Shown here piece after piece: positions 15,772-27,240 of a stretch of DNA of 64,000 nucleotides; position 1 is the first letter of the stretch; each line of letters starts with the position of its first letter. Below the pieces are notes generated by a model, which did no database searches, had not been told where the DNA came from, and worked only from the letters and a program-made list of their open reading frames with translations. The translations under genes were made by a program, and so were the position numbers. The stretch lies in contig CAWFAK010000005.1 of the NCBI GenBank assembly GCA_963813715.1, positions 1,056,001 to 1,120,000 on the forward strand. The letters are read 5' to 3'. Source of the stretch: an uncultured Planctomycetaceae bacterium (lineage in GTDB: Bacteria; Planctomycetota; Planctomycetia; Planctomycetales; Planctomycetaceae).

Positions 15772-18700
15772 GTGACGGGCTGTCAGCCCCACTTCAGCTT
15801 TTGGCTGCGCATGGCGCGAATACTCGCGCTTTGCGCCCTCGTTGCCGCGGTGCGCCGCGCGCGGCGCCCGCTGATGGCGGCGACGATCCGGCCGAACGCG
15901 TTGTGATTTCGGTCGAAGGCACCTACTCGCAGGAGTGGGACGACTCCGAGGGGCACGTGTCGATCCTCCGCGGCCATTGCCGCGTCAAACAGGGCTCGAC
16001 CACTCTCGAAGCGCAGAAGATGGTTCTCTGGCGGTCCACGCAGACGGCAGGAAAAGGGAAACGCGATCGCCTCACCATCTACCTCGAAGACGACGTGCGG
16101 GTCGAGGAACCGGGCTCGACGCTCAACGACTCGCCGATGATCGTCACGCTCAGCACGCGCGCGGGCGTGCACGTGCACGTCGTCAACTCGGAGTCCGCCC
16201 GGCCCGGGCGCGACGACGCACTCTACGTGCGGGCCGACAAGCGCCGCCGGCACTCCACCGCGCGGATCATCCGCACGTCGCAGATCGTCGAATCGCCCGA
16301 CGGCGGCCCCGAGCTCCGCAGCGAGCAGTTCTTGCGGACGCCAGCCCACATCCGGCGAATTCATATCCTCCCGCGCAGCGGCACCGATTTCGCCATGACC
16401 AGCCAGCAGGCGCCGAACCGCACGCCGCCCGAACAGGTCACCATTATCACCGGCGGGGTCAACGTCCGCATCGAAGGGCTCGACCAGCGGATCGGCGGCA
16501 AGCCGATTGGCATGGTGGAGCTGTCGGCCGATCGGATGGTGATCTGGTCGCGGAGCGAGATCGCCACCGGCGCGAGCCAAGGAGTCGTCCAATCGCAGGA
16601 CGAGCAGTTCGAGATCTACATGGAAGGCAACATCATCATCCGGCAGGGTGATCCGAACAACGGCCAGCTGATGCGGGAATGCAAGGCCGAATACGCCACC
16701 TTCGACGCGCGCGACAACAAGGCCCTCTTGCTTAACGCCGAGCTGAAGACTTATCTGCCCTCGATCCAGGGGACGATCCGCGTCTGGGCCGAGCGGCTGC
16801 GGCAGCTGGGACCCAACACGTTCCACGGCACGCACGTCTGGAGCACGACCAGCCCGTACGGCAAGCCGGGCGTTCGCGTGCAGTCGACCGACGTGTTCCT
16901 CGAAGAGCGCGAGCGACAGCAGTCGCCGATCTTCGGTCCGGATGCCAACGAGCCGCAGCAGGTGAATCCGGCCACGGGCGAGCCCGATCCGCAGACGCAA
17001 AACTGGATCACCTCGCTGAACAACGTCTTCTTCGTCGAGGACGTGCCGCTGTTCTATCTGCCCTACATCAGCGCTCCGGCCGACAAGTCGGAAATCCCGC
17101 TGCAGAGCATCCTCTTCAGCCAGGATTCGATCTTCGGCACCACCATCCGCACGATGTGGGATCCGTTCAAGCTGTTCGGCTTCATGGATCCCAAGGGCGC
17201 ACAGTGGAGCCTCCTGGGCGATTACTTCAGCCGTCGCGGACCGGCCGTCGGCCTGCTGGGAAAATACAAGGGCGAGAACCTGTTCGGCATCCCCGGCAAA
17301 TACTTCGGCGAAATGAATTCGCTGTACGTGCACGACGTGGGGACCGACGACCTGGGGGCCGACCGCCCGAGCATTACTCCCTCCACGCAGAACCGCGGCA
17401 TCTTCGAGATGCGGCACGAACAGCAGTTGCCCAACGGCTTCACCTTCATCGCCGAGGCCGGTTGGCAGTCCGACCGCAACTTCCAGGATTCGTACTTTCA
17501 GTCGGAGTTCGATCGCGGCAAGGACATCGAGACCCTCTTGTACTTGAAGCAACAGCAGTCGAACTGGGCCTGGACGGCCATCGTCCGCCCCAACGACCAG
17601 CCGTTCGAGTACGAGACGCAGTGGCTGCCGCGGGGCGACCTCTACGTCCTCTCGCAGCCCCTCTTCAACGGCCTGATGACCTACAGCCAGCATACGTCCG
17701 GCGCTTATGCCGAGGTACACCTGGGCGATCCGCCGAGCTCGCAGGAGGTCTTCACGCCCATCTCGTACTTCGCCCCCACGCACGGGGCCGACTTGATGAC
17801 GAGGCAGCAGCTCGACGCGCCGTTCAGCCTCGGTCCGATCAACATCGTTCCCCACGTGATGGGCGAAGCCGCCTATTGGGGCGACAGCTTCAACGGCGAG
17901 CCCGTCTCGCGGCTGTCGGCCAACCTGGGATTGAAGAGCAGCATGGAGATGTGGCGGGCCTTCCCCGAGGTGCAAAGCGACATCTTCAACCTGAACGGGC
18001 TGGCCCACAAGATCGTCTTCGAGACCGATTACGAATACACCAGCGTCAACCGCAGCCTCTCCAACATTTCCCAGTGGAACGAGCTCGACGACAATGCTCA
18101 GGAGCGGTTCCAGCGAGCGGCTCGTGCAAAATACGTTCGGCGGCGTGCTCCCTTTGCCCTTCGACCCGCGGTTGTACGCTCTCCGCACGGGGGCTGGGCT
18201 GTCGGTCACCACGCCCGACAACGAACTCCTCGACGATCAACAGTTCCTGACGCTGGCCGTCCATCAGCGGTTGCAGACCAAGGTCGGCCCGCCCGATCGG
18301 CAGCGGATCCGCGACTGGATGACGCTCGACCTGTCGGCCACGTTCTTCCCCGATCCCGGTCGCGACGACTTCGGCGCCGCCTGGGGCCTGCTGACCGCGC
18401 ACTACGCCTGGAACATCAGCCAGCGGACCACCATTCTGGCCAACGCCCAATACGACACCTTCACCGGGGGAGAACAGCTCTGGAACGTGGCCATGCTCAG
18501 TCAGCGGAGCGAGCGGGGCAGCGTTTACCTCGGACTGGCTCAGGTCAAAGGCGACTCCGGCGTGCTCGACAGCGATATCCTCACGCTGAGCTACAGCTAT
18601 CAGATGAGCACGAAGTGGATCTCGACGATCGGCACGGCCTACGACTTGGGCGAACACCGCAACGTCGGCCAGTCGTTCACCATCTCGCGCGATCGGCCTG

Positions 18701-18841
18701 GATTTCATCATCAACGTTGCCGGCAGCTACGACGTCAGCACGGGCAACACCAGCTTCGCGGTCTCGATCGAGCCGCGGATCGGCAACTTCGGCAATTCCA
18801 TGACCCAGTTGAGCAACCTGCTCGCCGGCCGGCAGCATTGA
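15772..18841 (+). CDS. LptD/OstA-like outer-membrane protein (several apparent frameshifts)
   Basis: Signal peptide, N-terminal beta-rich region, VEDVPLFYLPYI motif, long aromatic-rich beta-barrel with LNGLAHKI. Joined from ORFs 15549..18803 and 18094..18873 plus a final frame ending TGA at 18841. Confidence 0.7.
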
Positions 18842-18869
18842 TCGCCGCCATTATTCACGTGGAGGCCCC

Positions 18870-19295
18870 ATGAGTCTCGACCGTTCCGCGCTCGCCATCG
18901 CCGAACCCGTCCGTCTGACGCGATCCTCCCGCCCCGCCTGGAGGCAGCGGCTGGTCGACGCCGAGCGGGGCGTGATGCAGGGGATTCGCGGCGACAGCGC
19001 CTTCTTCGTCTATTTCTTCCTGTCGAGCGCCACGGTTGCCGCGTGCGTCGTCCTGGGCATCTCACTCATCCAGTGGACGATCGTGATCCTGGCCTTGACG
19101 CTGGTCCTTTCGGCCGAGATGTTCAACCAGGTGCTGAAGGCCCTGCTCTTGGGCTTCGGCCGGCCCGTCGACGATGCGGCCCGCGCGGCTTTGCGGATCG
19201 CCGTCGCGGCCGTGTTCGTGGCCATCACGGGCTCGGTGATCGTGATCGGGTTGATCCTGGGACAAGCGGCCGTCGACATGTTCGGCGGCGGTTGA
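18870..19295 (+). CDS. dgkA: Diacylglycerol/undecaprenol kinase (DgkA family)
   Basis: Three TM helices, LVLSAEMFN motif. Confidence 0.7.
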   Translation: MSLDRSALAIAEPVRLTRSSRPAWRQRLVDAERGVMQGIRGDSAFFVYFFLSSATVAACVVLGISLIQWTIVILALTLVLSAEMFNQVLKALLLGFGRPVDDAARAALRIAVAAVFVAITGSVIVIGLILGQAAVDMFGGG

Positions 19296-19310
19296 ACGGG
19301 CGCGCTGGAC

Positions 19311-20288
19311 GTGGACTCCGAACGGCAAAGCTTCGTCGTCCAAGCGCCGCAAGCCGGTCGCACCGTCCTCTCCGCTCTGCGCGATTGGCTGCCCGGCCAG
19401 TCGTGGTCGGCCCTGCGAAAACTGCTCGCCGCCCGTCGCGTACTCGTCAATCACGCGCTCTGTCTCGACGAGGCCCGCCGCTTGAAGGAGGGAGAAGTCG
19501 TCGAAGCTGTCCGGCCGCGCCACCGTCCGCCGCCATCGGCCGGTGACGTCGGCGTCGTCTACCTCGATGCCGACGTGATCGTCGTCGACAAGCCGTCCGG
19601 CATGATCACGCTGCGGCACGCGGCCGAGCGGGACTGGTCGAGCGATAAGAAAAGCCTCCAGCCGGCGCTCGACGACTTGCTGGCCGAACTGATCGCCCGC
19701 CGCGAGCATGTCCCGCCAAAAGCGGTCGGCCCGATCTTTTCCGTCCACCGCATCGATCGAGAAACGAGCGGCTTGCTCGTCTTTGCTCGCCGGCCGGCGG
19801 CCCGCGACGCGCTGATCGCGCAGTTCGAGGCACACTCCGTCGAACGGATGTACCTGGCCGTTGTGCAAGGGGACATCGCCGCGCAGACCTTCGATTCCTA
19901 CCTCGTGGAAGACCGCGGCGACGGCCGCCGCGGCAGCACGGCGGTTCCGGGCGCAGGCAAACACGCCGTGACTCACGTTCGCCCCCTCGAGCGACTCGAC
20001 GGTTGGACGCTGCTCGAATGCCGCCTCGAAACGGGCCGCACGCATCAAATCCGCATTCACCTCTCCGAAGCCGGCCATCCGGTGTACGGCGACACGAAGT
20101 ACGCCCCGGCTCTGACCCCGGAGGCCCGGTCGCGAGTGCAGCGGCTGGCTTTACATGCGGCGATGCTTGGCTTTGACCATCCAATGGATGGCCGTCATTT
20201 GCGATTTGAGTCGCCACCGCCGAGGGATTTTCAAGCGATCGTTTCCGTTTTTCGCGCGACGAATGTCGGAGGAGAACCGGCGGGCTGA
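19311..20288 (+). CDS. RluA/RluD family pseudouridine synthase
   Basis: VVDKPSG, VHRIDRETSG, LETGRTHQIRIH, GDTKY, LHA motifs. Confidence 0.95.
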   Translation: MDSERQSFVVQAPQAGRTVLSALRDWLPGQSWSALRKLLAARRVLVNHALCLDEARRLKEGEVVEAVRPRHRPPPSAGDVGVVYLDADVIVVDKPSGMITLRHAAERDWSSDKKSLQPALDDLLAELIARREHVPPKAVGPIFSVHRIDRETSGLLVFARRPAARDALIAQFEAHSVERMYLAVVQGDIAAQTFDSYLVEDRGDGRRGSTAVPGAGKHAVTHVRPLERLDGWTLLECRLETGRTHQIRIHLSEAGHPVYGDTKYAPALTPEARSRVQRLALHAAMLGFDHPMDGRHLRFESPPPRDFQAIVSVFRATNVGGEPAG

Positions 20289-20303
20289 CACCCGCCGCTC
20301 GCC
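20274..20303. repeat. REP-like palindrome, family copy 1 (inverted relative of 38006-38036)
   Basis: GAACCGGCGGGCTGACACCCGCCGCTCGCC between convergent genes; its reverse complement matches 38006-38036. Confidence 0.6.
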
Positions 20304-20309
20304 AAGGGG

Positions 20310-21557
20310 TCACAGCACGCGCATCCAGACCGCGCGGAGGTACTCGCCTTCGGGGCAGTTCGAGGCGACCGGATGGTCGGCCGCGGCCCCCGTCTTCTCC
20401 AGGATTTGGAACGTGCGGCCTTCGCGCTGGAGGCCGCCGTCGGGTGCGTCGCCGACTGGGCCGGCCTGGCGGGCTGCGCCGCGGAGCAGTTTGAGGAACT
20501 CCGCTTCGTCCAACAGGCCGCTGCAAGTGCAGGTCAACAGCAGGCCGCCCGGACGGACGAGTTGGATCGCCAGGCGGTTGAGGTCGAAATGTTTGCGGCG
20601 GCCTTCGTCGAACTCGTCGCGGGTGCGGATCAGCTTAGGGGGATCGAGCACGACGACGTCGTACTGCCGGCCGTTGCGGATCATGTCCCGCATGTAGGCG
20701 AAGACGTCGGCCGTGACGAAGTTGACGCGCACCTGGTTAAGGCCGGCATTTTCGCGGGCCAGGCGGATCGGATCTTCGTCGAGGTCGACCCCGGTCACCT
20801 CGGCCGCGTTGCCGAGCTTCTTCGCCTGCAGCGCAAAGCCGCCCGTGTAGCAGCACAGATCGAGCACCGATTTCCCGGCGCAGTAGCCGGCGAGCCGGCG
20901 GCGGTTCTCGCGCTGGTCGCAGAAGAAGCCCGTTTTGTGTCCCCCCTCGAACAGCACGCGAAAACGGGTGCCATGCTCCTGAATGGTGACCGTCGAGGGC
21001 GCCTGCTCCGACTGCAGCAGGCGGCCTTCGAAGGCTTCTTGTGCGACGGTCGCCGGCCCCGGCCGCACGATCCAGGCCCGCGTGCCGGTCAGTCGGGCCA
21101 GCCGCTCGAGCAGGTCGGCACTCCGCTGGTACATCCCCAGGCTGAAGGCCTCGGCCGAGAGGACGTCTCCCAGCTTGTCGACGACGATGCCGGAAAGGCC
21201 GTCCCCCTCCGAGTGAATCAGCCGATAAGAGTCGGTGATCGCGTCGAGCCCGAGCAAATCTCGCCGCAGAGCGACGGCCGACGTCAGCCGCTCGCTCCAG
21301 AAAGCCTCGCCCGGCGGTTCTGGCCCCGAGCTGAGCAGGCGGACGGTGATTTCGGCCCGCGGATTGAAGTGCCCGTAGCCGATGACCGTGCGACGATCGA
21401 GGCGGACGGCCACCAGGTCGCCGGGCCGAGCCGCCGCGTCGAACCGGTCGATCCGCTTGCGATACAGGTACGGATGCGAGGCCGCCGTCTTGGCCAGCAC
21501 GCTCGGGAGTTGGTCGAAGTCATCGGGAACCAGCGGCCGCTGCTCCGGCTGCAGCAC
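20310..21557 (-). CDS. rlmI: Class I SAM-dependent rRNA methyltransferase (RlmI-like)
   Basis: RLIHSEGDGLSG, GHKTGFFCDQRENR, VLDLCCYTGGF, VVLDPPK. Confidence 0.88.
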   Translation of the reverse strand: MLQPEQRPLVPDDFDQLPSVLAKTAASHPYLYRKRIDRFDAAARPGDLVAVRLDRRTVIGYGHFNPRAEITVRLLSSGPEPPGEAFWSERLTSAVALRRDLLGLDAITDSYRLIHSEGDGLSGIVVDKLGDVLSAEAFSLGMYQRSADLLERLARLTGTRAWIVRPGPATVAQEAFEGRLLQSEQAPSTVTIQEHGTRFRVLFEGGHKTGFFCDQRENRRRLAGYCAGKSVLDLCCYTGGFALQAKKLGNAAEVTGVDLDEDPIRLARENAGLNQVRVNFVTADVFAYMRDMIRNGRQYDVVVLDPPKLIRTRDEFDEGRRKHFDLNRLAIQLVRPGGLLLTCTCSGLLDEAEFLKLLRGAARQAGPVGDAPDGGLQREGRTFQILEKTGAAADHPVASNCPEGEYLRAVWMRVL

Positions 21558-21917
21558 GTCAGTGGGGATGCGCCCGGAGATTTCCCAGAAAACCGCGCGG
21601 GGGGCCGTCCGGACGGCTGTTCCGGGGGGGAACGATCAAACTGTCGCCGGGACATGTGGGGAAGTTCTTGAATCGATTGGGAATGGGGCGGTCGGCCGCG
21701 CGCGAAGCTTTTATCGTAAAGATCGCGAGTCCGCCTGGCGAGCGGCCCCGTCGCGGCGGTTTCTCCCCGTCGCCTTCAGATCCCCCTCGTTGGGTTCCGA
21801 TTGGACTGCTATAATTGGAAAGAACCCGCCGGGTGACCGGCTGAACGAGCTGGCTTGCCTTTGGGTCGCGGGTCGATTGTCGCCTTCAATTGAAAGCAGA
21901 GAGGGAGTCCGGAACCG

Positions 21918-22250
21918 ATGTCAGTCACCATTACTGAAAAGGCTGCCAAAGAAATCCAGCGCGTTTTGAGCGAACAAAAGATGCCGGAGACCACCGTGCT
22001 GCGTATCGGCGTGGCGGGCGGTGGCTGCAGCGGCTTCCAGTACAGCCTCGGCTTCGACGAACAGACCGACACCGCGAAGGACCATGTCTCCAAGCAGCAT
22101 GGGATTCCGGTCGCCGTCGACAAGAAGAGCGCCCTGTTTCTCGACGGGACGACGGTCGACTTCTATGACGGGCTCGAGAAGCGGGGCTTCACGTTCGAGA
22201 ATCCGAACGCCGTGAAGACCTGCGGCTGCGGCCACAGCTTTTCGGCCTAA
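21918..22250 (+). CDS. HesB/IscA/ErpA Fe-S cluster carrier
   Basis: GGGCSGFQY and CGCGHSF motifs; extended -10 TGCTATAAT at 21807-21815. Confidence 0.95.
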   Translation: MSVTITEKAAKEIQRVLSEQKMPETTVLRIGVAGGGCSGFQYSLGFDEQTDTAKDHVSKQHGIPVAVDKKSALFLDGTTVDFYDGLEKRGFTFENPNAVKTCGCGHSFSA

Positions 22251-22293
22251 GACGGGTTCTCGGCCCGATCGCTTCGCCCACTGATTAAATCGA

Positions 22294-22321
22294 GTGGCAC
22301 TGGTGGCTCGTCCGCCAGTGC
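22294..22321. repeat. REP-like palindrome GTGGCACTGGTGGCTCGTCCGCCAGTG
   Basis: Same family as the inverted pair at 35003-35113; lies between convergent genes. Confidence 0.65.
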
Positions 22322-22341
22322 TTCTCTTTTGCGCTCGCGCG

Positions 22342-22924
22342 CTAGCGTCCGCCCGGGCCGCGGGTGTTCTCTTCGATCGTCAGCAGCAGGTTGATCACCT
22401 CGCGGAAGGCGAAGAAGCCGAGGGCCGCGATCAGGCCGGCAGCGAATTCTCCCAGCGCGGTAGAAGATCGCGTACGTGCGGGCCTGGGTCGCCTCCATCA
22501 CGAAGGCAGCCCGCAGACCGAAGAGCAGTCCGCCAAACGCCGCCACCACCGCGAGGCCGGCAAGCACCGTGTAAATGGTGGCGATGGCCTCGAGGACTTT
22601 GAACGACCGCGTGGTGTACCGCATCGCCGGCGCGACCGACACCGTCGGCCCACGCGACGCTTCCTCCGCCACCTCCAGCTGAATGGCCGCGAGCGCGGAT
22701 AAGGGGACCGCCGACACCGGCGTGACTCGTGGCTCCGGCTCGTTGGCCCGCTCGACCGGTTCGGCAATTGCCTCGGCCAACATCGGCGCGTGGACGATCC
22801 GCGCCGCGGCTTTCTCTTCCGCCTCCCGACATTGCGGGCAGCGCGAGGGCGTTGGGGCCGTCGCCGGAATGGCGAAACGCCGCTTGCAAACCGGACAGGT
22901 CCACTGAATTCGTTCGACAGGCAT
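22342..22924 (-). CDS. Hypothetical protein, N-terminal Zn ribbon and two C-terminal TM helices (frameshift near 22455)
   Basis: CPVC...CPQC; the second TM and the LTIEENTR end are read in the alternate frame to TAG at 22342. Confidence 0.65.
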
Positions 22925-22951
22925 AGCCACTGTGCCGCACCGCGCGATGAT

Positions 22952-24419
22952 CTAGAGTTCGAGCTGCATTACTTCGTCGTACGTCTCGGCCGGAAACTTC
23001 TTGCCGCAAATCGATTCGAACTGCGACGCGGCCCAATCGCGGAAGACCTCCCACGGCTCGACCACCTTGCAGCCGCGGGCCCGCACCTCCTGCAGCAGCT
23101 CGGTTTCGTACGGCATCGCGCCCAGGTCCATCACCAGCATCGTCGGGCGGAAATAGCCCGCGTTGATCTCGGCTTTCTGGTGCCCCATCTTGATCGCCGC
23201 ATCCGCGATCACGACGACATCTGCCAGCGTATCGTACAGCGCATGAAACGGCACATGACGGACGTTAAATTTCTGCGCGAGTTGCTGGGAGACCTTTTCG
23301 TCCGGCCCCGTCACGCTGACGATGCCGCTGTGTTTTTGAATTCCGTACACGAGGGCCGGCGCCATCCCCCCCGAACCGACAACCAGCACGTTGCGTCGCG
23401 CGAGCGGCTGCTCGTCGGGCGACTTTTTGTCCAGTCGCCCCTCGAGGGCCGCCAGCGCCCGCCTCCAGATCGTATTGTACGCCGTCCAGCCGTCCGGCTG
23501 CCGCGCCAAGAGGTCTGCGTAGCCGCTGGGCTCGGCGGAACCTTCGCGTCGTCCGGCCGCCTGCGCCGCCTCCGACCGCCAGACTCGGCGCGACGAGCAG
23601 TGCGTGAATCTTCAAGCCCTCCAACCGCGTGAGCAGCTTGTCGAACGAGTGCACGGTCAGGGGCAAACACCGATGGCGATCGTCCAGCTTGCGGAAGGCC
23701 GCGTTCAGCACGCGGGCCGTGATCCCCGTCTGCCGCTCGATCGGTCCAACGAGCCCGACAAACCGCGTCTTGGGACCGATGTCGTCCCAGGCGTAGTTGT
23801 CCTTGAGCTCGCTCACCGTCGGCTGACCGGGGAACGATTCGAGTCCCTTCTCGAGCGCGGCGTACGACCAGGGGGCTTCGAGCATTTTTCCGAGCAGCGC
23901 GAGTGTCAGCGCGGCCCGGCCGAGCCCCAGTCCCACCACGGGCAGCGATCGCTTCTGCGACAAGAGCTTGAGCAACGGCCACGCCGCCTCGAACGTCGGC
24001 GTGGGCCAGGCGAACTTGATCGCGTCGGCCTTAACGGCGGCCGCTTCCTCGAATACCGCGTCCAGATCGGCAGGCGGACCCGAGAGCGACGTCACTGAGA
24101 TCAGCCGCTTGGTTTTGCCGAACCGCGGCACCTTCGCGGCCGTCTCGAGATCGAGCTCGATATATTCGGGCCCGGCGACGATGGCCTGCCGCAACAGCGT
24201 CATCCGCTCTTCGTCGGTCCCCTCGAACTTGCCTCCGTCCTGCGGGCGGCGGCAGGCAATGGCGACCGGCTTGGGGATGCCCTGCAGAATGTCGCCGATG
24301 TCGGGCTCTTTGACAAAGTAATCGACGCACAGCTCGATCAGGTCGCACTGACCGGCCGCGTTGAGCAAGTCGGCCTTGGCCAGCTTGCGGGACACCGGAG
24401 CGACGGAAATGCACAGCAT
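22952..24419 (-). CDS. Type I dehydroquinase-shikimate dehydrogenase-like fusion (AroD-AroE-like, degenerate active sites; frameshift near 23560)
   Basis: CRRPQDGG, EYIELD, ADAIKFA, PGQ; C-terminal GSGG Rossmann region and VMDL...YETELL. Confidence 0.8.
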
Positions 24420-24461
24420 GATCGATCCGCCTCCCGTCGCTTTCATCGATTGTCGAGGAAC

Positions 24462-24582
24462 CGAGCGGCCAGCGTAAGCTGGCCGAGGCTCACCCGGACG
24501 AGCCCCAACCCATTTGAAGCAAATGCAAGTGAGTTGTGAAGACGGCTTTTTCGATCCTCCGCGGGTTTACACCCGCGGCTCG
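24462..24582. repeat. Pair of short REP-like hairpins in intergenic region
   Basis: CGGCCAGC-GTAA-GCTGGCCG and CCGCGGGT-TTAC-ACCCGCGG, in opposite orientation. Confidence 0.5.
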
Positions 24583-24623
24583 GGATCGCGCGTATGAATC
24601 TGCCAGGGTTGCTGCCCGCAGTG

Positions 24624-27058
24624 TCAGTCCGCGGAGCTCTCCGCCTCGACCTGTGTCGTAATACTTCCGAGCCTTTTCGTAGGCCGCATTGGCTGCGGCG
24701 CGTTCGCTCTCTCGGAACCGGGTCGACTTCTTCCGATAGCAGACGTCGACGGCCCGCCGGCACCAGTCCGCGCTCTTGCGGCTGCGCGGATCGGCTTGCC
24801 CGCCACCTCGACGAAGACCGGATTCGTGTGCACCGACGGAAAAATCCGCACCGCGATCCAGCTCGACTTCGGCACGTCGATCTCGAAACTCATCGGCCGC
24901 GTCTCGCCGTCGGCAACAATCTCCTGCCGGGCGACCGGGTGGTCGTTCACGATGATCTCAACCGGCACCTTCCGCGTGTCGCCGATCCGCGCCCGTTCGA
25001 TGTGCCAGTAGGGCTTCTGATCGAGCCGCGCGTTGCGGATTTTCTCGGTCTGCTCCGTCGGCTTTTCCTCGAGCCGCGCGGCCACGTCGAAGGTCACCTT
25101 CACCTTGCCCGGTTTTGCGAGATCGAGCTGGCTGAGCTTGCCGTTCGATCCCGGCTCGCCGACCGCCACATCGTTCACCTTGAAATCGAAGATGTGGCTC
25201 CGCCCGTCGCCGCAGTAGCTGCGTCCGTCACGCACGCCCAAAATCCACGTGTCGTAGTCGAGCGGCTGATCGGGCTTCAGCTTGACGTAGATTCTTCCCA
25301 GCCCCACCTTGTCGCCGTAGATGCACGGGAAATCAGTCTCGCCGCTGATCCGCGTGCGAACGCCGCAATTCAGCGCGTGATACCAGATGTTGAGTTCCCA
25401 GATCGACGGCGTGTCGACGGCCGAGATGAAGTCGCAGACCCCGTTCGGCCCGGTGACGATGAATTCGTTCGCCCCGATCCCGTCGAAGCCGGGCATCGCG
25501 TAGTCGGGCAGCTTGTCGGCCGCACGCCCCTCCCACGCTTCCCCGCGGCGGTGAGAAGTCCAGGGCTTGCCGCGCGTCCCGTCGGGCAGAATATCGGGCA
25601 GCTCGAGCCCCCAGCCGCTGTGGCTGTAGCCGACGACCGCCCCCTGCTTCTGTCCCCATTCGAGGATCGGCTGCGTCCACGTCGGCCACTGCTCGATCAG
25701 CGTCGTGCCGGGGTAATCGTCTTCCTTCAATCGCAAGAGGCACAAATGCCCGGCGTGCGACGAGGGGAACCCGCTGACCTCGACGTCGTAGCGCATCAAG
25801 TAATTCGGGCCGCGACAGGGCCGAGACCTTCCCCTCGAAATACTGCTTCTGCGTGTACCAGCAGGGACCCCAGCTCAGCACGCAGCCGACGTTGAGGTCT
25901 TCGCCCACGACGTGCCGCATCATGTCGGCCGGCGTCACGCCTTCGGTCGGGCTGTCGTAGTGCGCACAGCCGGCCGCATGCACGTGATGATCGCCCGAGA
26001 ACCAGTGCCGCTCGGCCGGATGAATCCACCGCTTGAGATAGAAGTTCTCGTTCTGCGTCGCGCCCGGCCGAACCGTGGTTGTCTGCGTCTCGACGAGATA
26101 CTCCGGCCCGCGCGTGTACTCGAAGGTGTACTCGCCCGGCGGCAGCTCGATCGATTCGCCGTCGGCCCGATAGACCTGGTCGTGAAAGAAGAAGTCGGGA
26201 GCCAACCGCCGCGCCGGGTTCGGATAGACGTGCCCCAGCGTGTCGCGAACGGTAAAGCTGGCCATCGTCGGCTTGCCGTCAAAATCCTTGACGCCCAGCA
26301 CGACCTTCACCGCCGGCCGACAGTCGAACAGGATCGGCACACTGTTGCGAAACCCCAAATCCTGCGTCCCCGCCCCCACGTTGAACCCGAGCACCGCCTC
26401 CCGCTTCCCGCGATCGCGGCTGTAGAGCGAGGCGATGCGATACTCCACGCCCAACCCCGACAGCTCGCGCTTGAGCGGCTGCTTGTCGTACATCTCGAGC
26501 GCCAGCCACCGGTCTTTCACCTCGGCCGGCGCGATGGCCAACTTCGGATCCGTCCAGCGGCCGCTCCCGCGCCCCGTGCCCCTGCAAATAAACGGGCCCC
26601 AAATTCGGCGACTCGGGCCGCAACACGGGCGTAATCCCCGCCTGGTTGACCACCTTGACGAGAAACGTCCGCCACCCCTGCTGAATGAGTTCCTTCGCCG
26701 CCGGCCCCTCGACCGCCGAAACACGACTCTCCGGATTGATCGTCACCGCGACAAGACAATACGGATCAAGAATCTCTTGTATCTTCCGAATCGATTTCTT
26801 CTCGTCCGGGTCAGCCCAAGCCGCCTCGAGCGCTTTTTTATCCTCTTCTTTTAACGGCGCCCCCACAAACTTGAGCGCATCGACCACCCGCCGCGTCGCC
26901 GAAACCAACGGCTGCTGCTCAACCTCAACCACCAGCGGCATTTTTTGTGGCGGCCCAGCCGCGTGCAGCCGGGATGGCGCGCCCAACGCATGCAGGGCAA
27001 GCAATGCGACGACGAGGTTGAACGCGCGAAACCAACGAGCGCAAGGGGAAGCGTTCAC
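24624..27058 (-). CDS. CehA/McbA family (PHP-like) metallohydrolase, secreted; two or three apparent frameshifts
   Basis: Signal peptide; WFSGDHHVHAAGCAHY, SSHAGHL, GYSHSGWG, SGETDFPC, HTNP motifs across ORFs 26279..27244, 25333..26724 and 24624..25799. Confidence 0.8.
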
Positions 27059-27240
27059 GATGATGCTCTCGCAAAAAGCGCTGGCGAGTTCGATCAAACC
27101 CTGGCGACAAGCTGGCGGGTGCTCTTCAGGCAAATTCCAATTTTTGCCCGGCGGGAATAACTCCATTCTGGGCACGCGGGGGCGAGGTGGCAAGCGGAGC
27201 GGCCGCGCGGTCGGTCGAGAGGTCTGACCCGCCGCCTCGC

